Assembly: GCA_002269645.1 (NCBI GenBank)
Contig: NIVC01002066.1
Span: 124,001 to 188,000, forward strand
Source: Macrostomum lignano
Taxonomy: Eukaryota
Direction: 5' to 3'
DNA: 64,000 nucleotides
Shown here: positions 24,293 through 36,462 of the stretch, in pieces
Layout of the letters: each line of letters opens with the position of its first letter
Numbering within the stretch: position 1 is the stretch's first letter
Position numbers and translations under genes: made by a program
Notes under the pieces: generated by a model
Seen by the model: the letters and a program-made list of their open reading frames with translations, nothing else
The model's database searches: none
What the model was told of the DNA's origin: nothing

Positions 24293-24433
24293 CCTGAAAT
24301 TTTAACTTCCTGCTCAGAGCGTTTGAGTTCTAATCGAGACCAACCGACTGTGCTGAGAATTCGATCGATCGCTTCTTCGCGGAGAGCCGGAAGGATCTGC
24401 AGTCCAGCTTCAATCTTGAGGACGGCCACGCTC
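24293..24433 (+). pseudogene. About 140-bp relic of a paralog of the ANK-cGLR gene
   Basis: CTGAAATTTTAACTTCCTGCTCAGAGCGTTTGAGTTC...GAGAATTCGATCGATCGCTTCTTCGCGGAGAGCCGGAAGG aligns to about 13402-13540 (SEIITSCLERLSS..LRIRSLLRGE), with a 4-bp GATC duplication. Confidence 0.8.
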
Positions 24434-24932
24434 CAACTCAAATCAATCAATCATGAAATATGAAATCAAGTTATAAATAAAGCCTGCTTTGTCTGGCTAC
24501 CTTGCTGAAACACTGGCGTATCAAACTAACAGACGACAGCCACCCCAAAGCTGAGAACAAAAGTGGAGGTCGTCATCCAGGTAGAATTTATTCAAATGTA
24601 TGCTTCTGCCAAAAGGTGGTAAAACTGATGCAGCTGTGGAATAGGAGCCTGATTATTTGTTTGCAACTTTCAGCTTCGCTGATAAAGATTTGAAACATAT
24701 TAACCTAAAATATTGACCGACGAATGCTTCGTTGCCAGGGTCTGGATAAGAATAATAAACAAGATTACTCAAGGTTAGTTATGCCAGGGAGAGGCTTCTC
24801 TGTTCCAAACTTTTATTTGCTTCAGATGGATGTGGCTGTTTGGATAGCGTTTTAAGACAGGTCATAATTCAGTTTGCTTGAGTCCATGCTCAGCTCATCA
24901 GCTGAGCCAGTCGGTCACCGAAACGCTCGAGC

Positions 24933-25595
24933 TCAGCCACGCACGAACAGAGTCCACTCGGGCCCGCTCAGGTGGCCAGGCGGGTACACGAACTCCAGCA
25001 GGTGGCAGGCGAGCTCCTGTCGGGAGAAAACGGCGGCCCGGCAGTCGGCTCTGGCACTGCACTTGGCCGCGCACTGAACTGCCGACTTTGCAACAACCGG
25101 CCAGACGGAAGGGGTACCGGATGTCACGGGAGGGCTGGACTGCTTCACTCGCCAGTAGGTATTTTGGGTGTCCTGGGTACCTGGGTAGCTCAGGAAGAAT
25201 ATGGAGTTGCGGTAGTAACCGCCACATTTCTGCATCGGGTTTCCGGAGCATACCGCGCTGCAGTTGCCTTCGCTCACTAAGCCATGGGATCCGTATGAGT
25301 TGCCGCAGTAGCACTCTCTGCTATTCTGCATTCCAAAGTAGCGGAATTCGCCCAGAAAGCAGATGCCGCTGCACAGCTCGTGCGACATCTCCGTGCTCGT
25401 TCGGACACTACCAGAAGAGAAGTGGACTGCGAATCCGCCGATCTTGCTGACTTCACTGAGCCCGTTCAAGTCTCTCGGGGATGAATTATCCTTGTAGCAG
25501 CCCAAATAGGCGAAGCGGACGAACCTACAGGTGACGCAAGTGAGCAGGAGGGCAGCGCAGAACAGAACGAGCAGAGCGGCTGCCGGGCGGAACAT
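24933..25595 (-). CDS. Secreted WSC + PAN/apple-like protein, copy C (220 aa, single open exon)
   Basis: Continuous ORF from MFRPAAALLV to TLFVRG*, with all WSC and PAN cysteines. The intron present in the other copies is reduced to a short in-frame remnant. Confidence 0.85.
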   Translation of the reverse strand: MFRPAAALLVLFCAALLLTCVTCRFVRFAYLGCYKDNSSPRDLNGLSEVSKIGGFAVHFSSGSVRTSTEMSHELCSGICFLGEFRYFGMQNSRECYCGNSYGSHGLVSEGNCSAVCSGNPMQKCGGYYRNSIFFLSYPGTQDTQNTYWRVKQSSPPVTSGTPSVWPVVAKSAVQCAAKCSARADCRAAVFSRQELACHLLEFVYPPGHLSGPEWTLFVRG

Positions 25596-26133
25596 TTCGC
25601 TGCTCAAGAAAGAGGCTTGGAGCAGCTGCGGTCCTTGAAACCGTGACGTTGACAGTTTCTGCTTCTTCATCTGTTCGGCGGAAGCAGATTTATAAGACTT
25701 TGATGGAATCGCTCCTTCGACCAATCGGCGATGTTTCTAAAAATCTGATTCAGCAAGCAGCTTAGGATGCCTGTCCAGGTACTCAAGTACCCTTGAAGGC
25801 ATGTCAAGCTCCAACCTGATGACTGTTTGGCCCCCATTCACTCTGGAATAAGCTGCTGTCATGCATCAAAATCTATCATAGCTTGATTGATGCGTCCCTG
25901 TGCTTGTGCTTGCCAGGGCTGACTGCGTGTCGCGAATTTTTTCATCACAAATGACTGACAAGCATATATATATCTACAAAAGGCTTTTCGTTAGCTGCAT
26001 TTTTGTCAATTTTGAGGGCATCAAACTTTTCACCTTTTATCCTTGAGGAGTGGCATTACAGGATTATTAACAGGCCGCAACTTTTTCGCTATTGGCAATT
26101 GCTGCCGTGCATGCAGTAGAATTTTAGCATCCC

Positions 26134-27442
26134 ATGATAGTCGGCTTGATAAATTTTTTAAATTTTTCAATCAATTTAAAAGTGGATTACGCGACTGCTT
26201 CGGTGGAAGAAATTGCCAAATGGGTCCGCTACTTCTACGCGACTCTGCGTAAGTCAGACGGCAGCTTCTATTCGCCGAATACAATCGTAGGAATTCGAGC
26301 CGCACTGTTCAGGTACTTTATGAAATTACGTGGCCTCAATATCATCGCTCACGAGGCTTTTCATAGCGCGAATTTGATGGTGAAGAATGTTTGCAATGCG
26401 TATTTGAAGTCCGGTGGTCGAGTGCAGCATTACGAAGCCATTGAGTCGGACGACCTTGTCAAGCTTGCTTCTTACTTCGACAGAAGCACTCCAACACGTT
26501 TGCAAGAAGAGGTATATTTCAATGTGTTATTTTATTTCGGCAATCGCGACAGAGAATGGCTACGAGGTCTCACTGTTCGTTCATTCCGAGAGAAGACCCT
26601 ATCAAACGGAGCTATGGCGATCGAGTTGCAAGGCAGCACCTCAAAGAATGTAAAAGGCTCGAGTGACATGCGACTCTGCGACGACAATAAACAGGCCTTG
26701 ATGGTGGCCAAGCCGGAGTCAAGGCACTGTCCAGTTCAGGCCTTCCAGCTTTATTTGTCGAAAATTACTGCCGTGCCGGGTTGGAATCAGGAGGACTTCT
26801 TTCTGCGTCCGAAACCACGAGTGAATGCGGATGGCATCTGGTACACCAAAGTACCAGTTGGAATCAACACTTTGGGGCCGTTGCTCAAGAAGATCTCTTC
26901 GAATGCTAACCTGTCCAAGCTGTACACTCCGCATTGTGTGCGACCTACAGTTGTTACGGAGCTGCATGAAGCTGGCTTTTCTGTCGAAAAAATTGCGAAG
27001 GTGACAGGTCACAAGGTGAGAAATTCTTTATTCTTAGTAAGTTTATTGACACATGGACAAGGAATTTATTAAACACCACCTCTATTCACAGAATAGCGCG
27101 TCGGTAGAACGATACATCCGGAGAGGCAAGAAGAGGGACTCGATCATGGCAGGGATGAGTGATCAGCTGACAGTCGCTCTAGCTGGAACTATGCCGGCAC
27201 CAAGTTCTACATTGAGCGAAGCTCCTGCAAGGGCTGTTACAACTACCGACCCATGCGCCCTGAGTGACGCTCCTACAAGGGCTGTTGCGACTACCGACCC
27301 GTGCGGATCAGCGTCAATGTCAACTGTCAAGAAGTCACTGGTTGTTGAAGAATCGACCACCACACTTGTAGCAGCCCCCACTAAGCGGATGAAGATTTTG
27401 GCAAACGGCGAAACGAATGTTGTGCAGTTTATTTTCGAGTAA
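26134..27442 (+). mobile_element. Crypton-type (DUF3504-like) tyrosine recombinase gene
   Basis: Motifs LRKSDGSFYSPNTI, STPTRLQEEVYFNVLFYFGNRDREWLR, CPVQAFQLYLSK, WYTKVPVGINTL, YTPHCVRPT and VTGHK. Intron 27016-27091 (GT-AG, phase 0) joins HK to NSASVERY. R, HxxR, H and Y catalytic positions are present. The 5-prime end is unresolved and the ATG at 26134 may be intronic. Confidence 0.82.
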
Positions 27443-27570
27443 ATGCCGAGAGGGGTGTGAGTAGGTCTATAGACTCATTAACTGTTTCCCTAGTTCCACT
27501 TATTATCCTTTTTGTTCTTCCATATTGTTATTGATTACATATTCAGTTGCTTCTAAAAATAAATTGTTAA

Positions 27571-27684
27571 ATCGTGCAGGAATGAAGTCATTCCTGCACG
27601 ATAAGCTAACGTATGTCAAGTGATTTCTACCATAGACACAGACATTCCTGCACGATAATAAATCGAAAAAATCATTCCTGCACG
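27571..27684. repeat. Perfect 15-bp inverted repeat plus two further direct half-sites downstream of the Crypton recombinase
   Basis: ATCGTGCAGGAATGA-ag-TCATTCCTGCACGAT (27571-27602), then CATTCCTGCACG again at 27643 and 27673. Confidence 0.9.
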
Positions 27685-29261
27685 CTGTGGTCAAACGACA
27701 ATTTGTGATACACTTGTTTTATTCGGAATTCAGAACATATTTCAAACATATTTTTAGTACAGTGCTACAAAACTGGAAACTTCCTGTCTTTTGAGGGCCG
27801 TATACTTGACTAATAATGTACATGGCTACCTTCTTACATGCGGAATTCTGTTGCACAATCCATGCATATCATGGCCCCGTTAACTTTGGCGAGAGTAAAG
27901 CTTGATTCTGAGCAGAAGGCAAAGGTATAATTGAAGTTTGGTACACTACAAGGCGTCCTACCTACGACCTAATACTTGTACTTTGCTTTTTGGACTCGTG
28001 ATTGTCTCAACACCTTAACTTTGCGCCCGTTACGGTGAGTTTTGCTTAGCTGTACAGATGACCGGCCACAGATGTCTGTACTCTGGCATATCACCGACAG
28101 GTTTATGGTTCGGTTCATCTTGAAGCCACGGTGACGACAGAGGCGAGACTGACCGAATCCCGGTGCTTGTCCCAGAGACTCTTGAATCGCAGTTGTCATA
28201 GTCAATTGACTCGATTCGTGCTAGACTTTATTATTTGAGTTTTAAGAAGCTTCATTTGTTCAGTTTTATTTTAATGATGAGCCTACATGTATTTGAAATT
28301 ACCTTCCAGCGCATCTTCGGGATTTTCTGGTCTTGCTATTAACCTCCACATTTTCCCATGTCCCAAATACAAGAATGATGCTTATTAGGAAATGAAATCT
28401 ATTTCGATGTTCCAGGCTACTTTGCAAAACAGAAAGTAAGAGTAAACGAGAGCAACATTCTTAAATATCACATTATTATGTACAGCTTTAATTTTAGTTG
28501 AGAGTTCGAGCTCCGTTTCTTAGCAATTAAACACATTTACAACTGGACAAAGTATTCGGCCACCATTTTCCTCATAAGCAGCATTACTGGCGGGCCCTAG
28601 CTGCAGGTGGTTATTCGATTGAAAGGTACACAGGTAAGGCTAGTATCTACGGCACTGCTTCGATTTCTAGAAGTTACTGCACAGCTTCATCCGCATCTCA
28701 GTACTCCAGTTGGAACCGATGGTCGAGGCTTAGGTCGACTCTGGCCATACAACTGAATGGGTTCCCATCCACGGTGCACTAAGTAACAGTGGTTGCTGGA
28801 ATTCAGCAGCAATACGGCTTGGGTATTGGACTCTATCAACAAGATGTTCCTAAGTTTCACGTGACGTCTTACGTCCTCAGGTACAGCTGGAGTCAACCAG
28901 GATCTCTAGTATCCCAGTCAGCCAAGTGGTCGATTTTCTCTCCTTTCCAGCATATGATTGCCCCCCCCACCCCCTAGACTGAGTTCAAAGTCCCAGGAGT
29001 TCTTTCAGGTCTAATTCTGCTCTATACTATCGATCTCATCTCAATTTTGCTCTTTTATCATGCTCCATTAGAAGTTAGATTCTACATAAAACATTGGCTC
29101 GTGGCTTCTACATACATACCACGTGGCTTCGTAAACTCCAGTCATATAGGCGTTCTGTATGAGCACAACATAACTCATGTATAAAAATTAGTGGAATTTG
29201 ATACCAGCAGGCTGAAATGCTTAAAATTAGTTTGATACCTTTGGCTTACCAATTTATTCAG

Positions 29262-32200
29262 ATTTGCTGGTCCTTTTACCAAGGCGCTGTCGAACAAGCG
29301 ACGGAGCTTTGGTGATGTCAGCAGTTTGCCTACGTCGGCAGGGGCTACCATTCGCTCCATGAAGGTGTTTCTTTGGTAGGCACAAATGGGTACTATTAGT
29401 AGCTCAGTCAACATATATTGACTGCAGACTCTTTCCGTACTTTCTGTTACTGTCAGCTATTTTTAGCCACTTGAATCACACCGAAGACCTACCTAAGCTA
29501 TTGTTTGTCTCTATAAAATCTGGAAAGTCTTGTAAAAAATGGGGCTCAGGCCGTCACAGTTGCATTCTGTCCTACCAATTCACTGCTACCTGCTGTGTAT
29601 ATCTGCTTTCAGTGAGCTTTGTGGCTACTAAATGGGCAGTTGGTTCTCCAAACCAGCTCCGATCCCAACCTTCCAACCAACCTTCCTCGACAGGGAGGTA
29701 AGTTACTACGAGTAATAATCTTTCAAAGACCGAATAAAGTTCGAATCTCATTGTCAGAACTTTATTTGCGACCCTTTTTATTGTAATACTTATGACACGT
29801 GACATGATTTTGTGATAATGCGAGATAGCAATGCTAAAATTTCAGCTATGAAGACTCACTGTCCAATTCTCTTATGAGCGTACTGAAATGCCATTCTTCC
29901 AGCTCTTCTTCTTCAGCCGGTTCAGGGAATCTACATATGCTGTAGAGACACTCTCCCAGCTGGTCATTGAAGCTGACTTCAGCCAGTTACTGCTCAAAGC
30001 AACTACGGAGCTCATGACCAAGACTGATGCAGCCGAACGAACCGTCCTCATGCTGGTCGCCGACGCTCATGAGACTCCTGTGCAGACTGAAAAGTGCATC
30101 TGGTTCTTATTTAAGCTGGGCGCAGATCCCAAAGCGACTGACCGGTCGGGCAACACGGCCGCACACTTGGCAGCCCGGCGAGACAACCTGCGAGTGCTTG
30201 CGCTGATTCCATTTGAAGCTAAGTGGCTGCGGAATGAGGATGGCGCCACTCCGCTGATGGAAGCCGCACGGGCTGGCAGCTGGAAATGCACGAAGCACCT
30301 GCTGCATCTGCTGAGGCAGCTCAGGTTTAACGAGTGCTCAACGCACGGAAACTCGAAGAGGTCGCGGCTACTCGGACTGAAGGACCACCGCGGTCGGACA
30401 GCATCGGACCTGGCCAGACTCAACGACCATTCAGAACTGGCCAACTACATTGAGCTGTACGTGAGCATTTGTAGTTAGAGTATTTGCTTTCTGCAAATTA
30501 AACATTCTCATCAGTCAATTTTTTATTTCGTACAATATTTATTTCGGGGAACTCTGTGTGTACATCTACGGCTCGTATTAGTTAAGTTGTTAAAAATATG
30601 TTCTTCTTCTAATTAACGTAATTGTATAGTAAGCCAATTTTTAATATTCGCTGTCACAGAGAAATGCGGCTGGTTTTCGATTGCAATGGCTCCATCACAG
30701 GTCTGGATTTTGTGGTGAGTGAGTCATCTGTGTGCCCATGTGTTTACGGTGTACAATGATGCCAAAAAATGTATTTGTCTTTCAGGAAAGCTGGCTAAAG
30801 GATATGAAAAAGCTGATTGAGGATGAAAACTACTCAGCGTTGGTTCAGAAGGTGAACCGATTTAACTGTGACTTGCCTAACAGCCAGGGCAACACATTTT
30901 CGATTATGTTTATATATGTCAGTCAGCCTCGGCAGCGCAGCAATCCAGATACTACGAATCTGAATCAAGAAACATTTTTGAAGAAGCTTCTGCAGGTGAG
31001 TGATCCCACGTGTGCAAATACATACGGGATGAGTGCCTTGCATATTGCGGCCTACAAGGGCAATTCTGCGGCAGCCACCGCACTGCTGAACGCTGGAGCC
31101 AGGGCTAATGTCATGTGCTTGGAATGGACTCCCCTTATGCTAGCAGCTTGTTGCACCCAGCAAGATGCCGCAGCATCAGTTTGCTGGATTCTGCTTTGCG
31201 CAGGTTCCAATTGGAGCCTGAAGAACCGAGAAGGAAAAACTGCACTAGATTTAGCAAATGAGCAAGGAAGCCACAAGATGGCTGAGCTTCTGCGTAGGTG
31301 AGTTTCATGTTGTACCAATTTATTTTTTAACTATCGATAAATTATCAGATATATAATTTCTTTTAATTAGCTATTTGAAATTTTTACTGTTTTCTTGAAT
31401 TTTTTAGATTTCATGATATGGACTGGTGGACTGAATTACCGTACCAGACAAGAAGAGGTCAAGTCGGTACTACAGACAGTTTATCTACCGAGAGGTTTGT
31501 CCCGTAATGTTTATTTTCTATACCTTTTGCAGAAAACGTAAAAATGTACTGCAATATCCCTCGATAATGACAATCTAAAATATTTTATGTGACTTTTAAA
31601 TTACTTCTGAAGAATAGCGATTAGACGATTAACAGACCGAAAAAAGTATATCAGAATTTATTCCATGTCATTTTTTGCAATTTCAAAACACCAAGTCAAT
31701 AAGTGAAAATGAAACTTCCCGGTCATAATTCAACATTAGGCCGTCCATTAATGGTATTTCAGGGTAATTAGTCTCTTGTCCCTAAATTTCAGCTTTCGTG
31801 AAAACGATGCCTGGACTACCAGACCACAGTATCAGACTGGGAGTGGTGAATCTGGTGCCAGCTACAGCTACGAATATAGAAGACCGCCTGCCACCTACAT
31901 AAGCCAAGCTTCTCGTTGCACCCCACAGTCGCTTCAAGCAGTTGATCAACATTCTGCTGTCGAGAGTGATTGCAGCTCAAATTCGAGGTTTGTGCCTGAA
32001 TATCTACAATTTCGAAAGCTTTTACTAAAAACACCGGGTTTGATATTCAAAATTTTTTACCGAAGTTATTAAAATACCAAAGAATGATGCGATCATGGGC
32101 GGCGAGAGCTTGCGGCACCGGGGGCACGTGCCCCCCCCCCGAAAATGAGTCCACATGGTAATTTTTAGTGCTTTTTCTGACTTTAGGTCCTAATTAGCAG

Positions 32201-33219
32201 CTTATAAAGGTATCTGTGCCCCCTTGCTCTGTGCCCAGTGCCCCCCTCAAATATTAGGCTCCGCCGCCCCTGGATGCGATTTATATTTTAAAATATTCAA
32301 CAAGCCTGCACAAATTGTCGCACTGCTTTTTACAGGTTTGCTAAACTATCTACCTAAGCCCTTAATTTCAACTGTATTGCAGTCGCAGCGACGAATTTTA
32401 TCCGGTGACAAATCCTCAAGGACTGTGCGTTATCATTAACATCAGCAAGTTCGAATCCAGCAGCGAGGGGGAGCGTAAAGGCTCGCAGTTTGACGTGGAA
32501 CGAGTCAGTGAGCTCTTCAGCAAACTGGGATTCATCATTGACGTACGCGAGGATCTGACTGCTGATGAGATCGAAAACTACTTAGATTGTGTAAGAATTT
32601 GGAAAGAACTGGAACGCCATGGCGCTTTTGTCTGCTTCCTTATGACTCACGGTCGCGAGGACTGCATCGTCGGTAGCGATGGGAAGCCCTGCAAGATTTT
32701 CGATCTCACGAGAAAGTTTCAGGTGATTTATTTGCACTTGATCCGAACACTCAAAAGAACTCATTGCAACGCTGTACCATTTGCAAAAACCTGTTTCAGC
32801 CGAAATAATGCAGCAGTCTGGCTGGCAAGCCAAAAATTTTCTTCGTCCAGGCCTGCCGTGGCCTCGAAAAAGACGAATTGTTGGTGAAAAGAGAAACAAT
32901 CGACAATGCAGGTGGTCGATTCGAGGGAACTTCGGTTCTCTATCCTTCTAACAGTGACTTTCTGATTTTTTACGCCACCCCCCGCGGTCAGGTTGCGTTT
33001 AGAGATGAAAACACCGGCTCATACTTCATTCAAACAGTGTGCGAACTAATTGAAAAGTACTACCAGACAGAAGACTTGATGAGCATCATGGTTCGAGTTA
33101 ACAAGCGCATGGCGAAGGAGCCTTACAGGGATGGCGACCAGTATTTTCATGTGGTGGGTGAAATTACTGGGCACCCAACTCGCAAGATCTCCCTCGATCC
33201 AAGCAGAGCATGCGATTAA
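29262..33219 (+). CDS. Ankyrin-repeat caspase; premature TAA at 32806-32808 (pseudogene, allele or base error)
   Basis: Phase-consistent GT-AG exons: 29262-29364, 29657-29697, 29917 (or 29846)-30456, 30660-30714, 30786-31297, 31408-31494, 31793-31987, 32383-32722, 32800-33219. Two ANK blocks (GNTAAHLAARR, GATPLMEAARAG, GMSALHIAAYKGN, GKTALDLA), a Ser/Tyr-rich linker, then DEFYPV..PQGLCVIIN, FLMTHG, LAGKPKIFFVQACRG and small-subunit SDFLIFYAT...GSYFIQTVC. More 5-prime exons are likely but unresolved. Confidence 0.82.
32094..32272. mobile_element. hAT-type MITE in a caspase intron
   Basis: TIR CATGGGCGGCGAGAGC / GCTCCGCCGCCCCTG with a perfect 8-bp TSD GATGCGAT (32086-32093, 32273-32280). Confidence 0.8.
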
Positions 33220-35629
33220 TAAAGACGAACCTGCTCACCATAAACACGTAAACTATAACAATTGAGTGATGTCTCTGAGTTTCAGCTGATTATTGTTCTT
33301 TTTCCAGCTTTACCCAAAGAGTTTCTAAGGCATGCTAGCGTCTAACATCGTGTTTTACGGTAACTATGACTATACGTATAACTAACTATCCATATACCTC
33401 TACGAGAATCGTAGCTGAAAAGCGGTGCCTATTTACTCCTAAAAAATTAACCCTTTTATTTAGCTACTGCAGCCAGTGACAGACTTACGAGTATATATTA
33501 TTAGTGGGCTTTTTACTATAGACCTTTCCCGCTGCTGCTAGAGAGGATGCGAGGGCAAATGATGCGGGGGTTTGAGCTTTGATGAGTTTCATCAAACACG
33601 TACCGGTCTAACTGTAGAGCAATACGATCTAGAGAGAGTCTAGAGGCTTTTGACAAGAGTGACAAAATCAAGAAATCAAGGACGTATCTTCTTCAAATTT
33701 AGCACATATTACGGTTAGAAAATATCTATCTCTCAGTTTGCTATTTTTGAGGGCAAACAAAGCCACATATACATATATTATCGCGGGCCGCACGCATAGA
33801 TGCTCATTGACTTGAAAGCCTACTAAGCCTACTACTTAAAGCTATTTGGATCTCCAGCTAGCCCTCCTTTTTATTTGTTTACCCCTATTTTTGCTCTCGA
33901 AACCTCCCATTTCTGCATGCCTTTCAAAGTACCTACAATTTCAATTACTTGGAGCCTCGAGTTCCTGTCGTTCGGCTTATCTTTATGACGTACTGTACGG
34001 ATTGCTCAAGTTTTTTTCTGCGATTGTTTATTCAAATTGAAAATTATTTGTTTTTCTATTCTCCTACTAATTACGTACGCACGTACAAATTATATAGATT
34101 TGCTTCCACTCCAATGTCACGTATAGCAACTAATTGTTTCTAAGAAAGGCTTGTTTTTAAGACAGGCTACACTCTAGTTGAACTACGTATCTGGTAATGG
34201 CTATATTTAGTAGCAAGAAAAATAATACTGTCTGCCGCAAACAGAGTAAAATTTATTATCTACAATTCTCTAGTGCGAGTGAACTTCTCTTTTTAGAATT
34301 AGCATAACAGAAGTAGCAAGCCGCGGCTTTAAATGTTCTTAAAGGAGAAAGAATTATTCATAGATCGGGGGTCGGCAAACTTCGGCCCGTGAAACCTCTC
34401 TAGCCTGCGAAACCCTCGGGCCCTTCGAAATTCACAATAGCAATCCGGCCCGCTCAAGGTTTGTGTCTCTTCTCAGTAGAGCAAGAGTCGAAAGTAGACG
34501 AAAGTAAGCGTCAATTTATGTTTATAAGATCTTATATTAATTAAATCGCCTGTTTAAACTGACACTTAGCTAATGGCTTAAAATAGTTTAATAGTGTGCG
34601 CGTACTCAACTCAACTATAGAATAACGAATCCTAGCTTTTGATTAAATTTAGAACTGGCGTCATGGAAAACGAAGAAAAAAACGGAAAAACAAAAAACGG
34701 TAACGGGGGACTTAGTAGAAATGTTATTGTTTTTACTAGATCATTTTTATTGTCAGTAGACTACTACGCAAGTGTATCATATTTTGTATGAATTTTGTTA
34801 TACATTCATTGCATTGGCTTTTATATGTCGACAAGTGATGAATTTTGATCGATGATTTTTTCGACTGATCGTTTTTCGTCGCTACTCAAGAAATAACATA
34901 AAACCTGACCAATTCAGCATGGTAAATATATCGTTTCTAGGACTACTGCTTGCATACTCTGTTCTGTTCGGTTTTGTTCTACCAAGGACTGCTACCTGCG
35001 CCAGAGTTAAGTCGTCACACTATAGTTTGGTAAAGAATACCACTGCATTATTTCGAAATATAAGGTACTAAAACTTTAGTGCATTTCAATACATCTTAAA
35101 ATAGCCTCAATAGTCTTACGGCTTGTTTAAGCTCTTACACCACCATAAAGCCAGTCGTAAAATCAGACAAACTTCAAGGAGATGAAATGGAATGTACAAA
35201 TTATGCGACAACCGATGGCACCTAAGGTTTGGCATATTTGATAAACGTATTGTGACGTACATTTTATTTTTTATGCATCAAGTTGTGATTTTTACTTGCT
35301 ATATCGATGGATATATAGCTCGTACATAGCTTATATTCAATGTCCAATATTTATTCTACAAGCAATTTCGATCAAATGGTAGGCAGAGACAAATATTTTA
35401 ACAAATATTATCTAATGTTAGATAAAATCAGCTAGTTCTGACTCCATGCGAATAACGGTTTATAATCAGCAGTTGTGATCATACAGATACTCGTAAATTT
35501 TTCTTTCTGAATCGAGTCCGGTATGCATGTAGGCATGTACGTATTTACACGGCAAAGGTGGCAGGAATACAGTACTGGTAGTAGTATATTCTGGTTATCT
35601 ATGATACTATGTAATGGGTTTCGACGACG

Positions 35630-35962
35630 TTGTATTGTATTGTATTAATAATTTTAAAAAAATAATTGATTACACCTGCCCCAATTGGGTCAGATGTGCA
35701 ACCGACAGCTCAGCCGCAGCTATTGCGCGGCGCATCTGAAGGCTGCGTACGGCTGTTCAGTCCAAGGACTGGGGGGTCGCCACACACACTGTCAATTACC
35801 CAACTAATGCTGCATGGTATATGGTACGCATTTTACAGCTGGGTGAACTGAAGCAATGCTGAGTTAAGTGTCTTGCTCAAGGACACAAATTTTTCCAGTG
35901 GAATCGGAAATCGAACCCTCGACCTTCGAGTCGTTAGTCCGACGCTCTAACCAATAGGCTAC
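35630..35962 (-). mobile_element. tRNA-derived SINE
   Basis: Minus-strand head GTAGCCTATTGGTTAGAGCGTCGGACT...GGTTCGATTTCC (Pol III A and B boxes), body with TTGTGTCCTTGAGCAAGACACTTAAC, and an (ATACA)n tail at about 35630-35647. Confidence 0.75.
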
Positions 35963-36462
35963 AATTCCCACTACGTTGCATACAGACTGGTGGATCTGTG
36001 TCCAAGGCTTCTGCATTCCTACAGAAAGAGCACTACAACAAATTGCATGTTCAAATATGAGTACAATTTCTTGCCAAAATAACCCAATTAAACATACAAC
36101 ATTATAGTACGATCTATAAAACCTGAGAATAAATTTGAGAATACATCGTACTTGCCTCTTTCAATTCTTTTTTCTTTATAGCTGTATGCACAGCAAGTAC
36201 ACTTTTTCCAGCTTTTCTCTGCTGTACTCGCAAATACTTCGAATGGCCCAACTCCTCTTTCTCACTCCGCCTCTCTGGCACCGTTCTCTCTGCTCTTCTT
36301 TTCTATTTCTACTGTTGAATAGTGCGCACTCCCTATTCCCCTGTGCATCTCCGACTGCTAACGCAACTATCCTATTGTTTGTTCTCTCTTCTCTGTACCC
36401 GTATTTGCAATATAACACATTAACAACGACTGTTGATATTAATTAATTACTATGTTAATATT

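Noticed and set aside
35900-35962. Functional tRNA gene
   Set aside because: A and B boxes are present, but there is no complete acceptor stem and the sequence runs into a SINE body and repeat tail.
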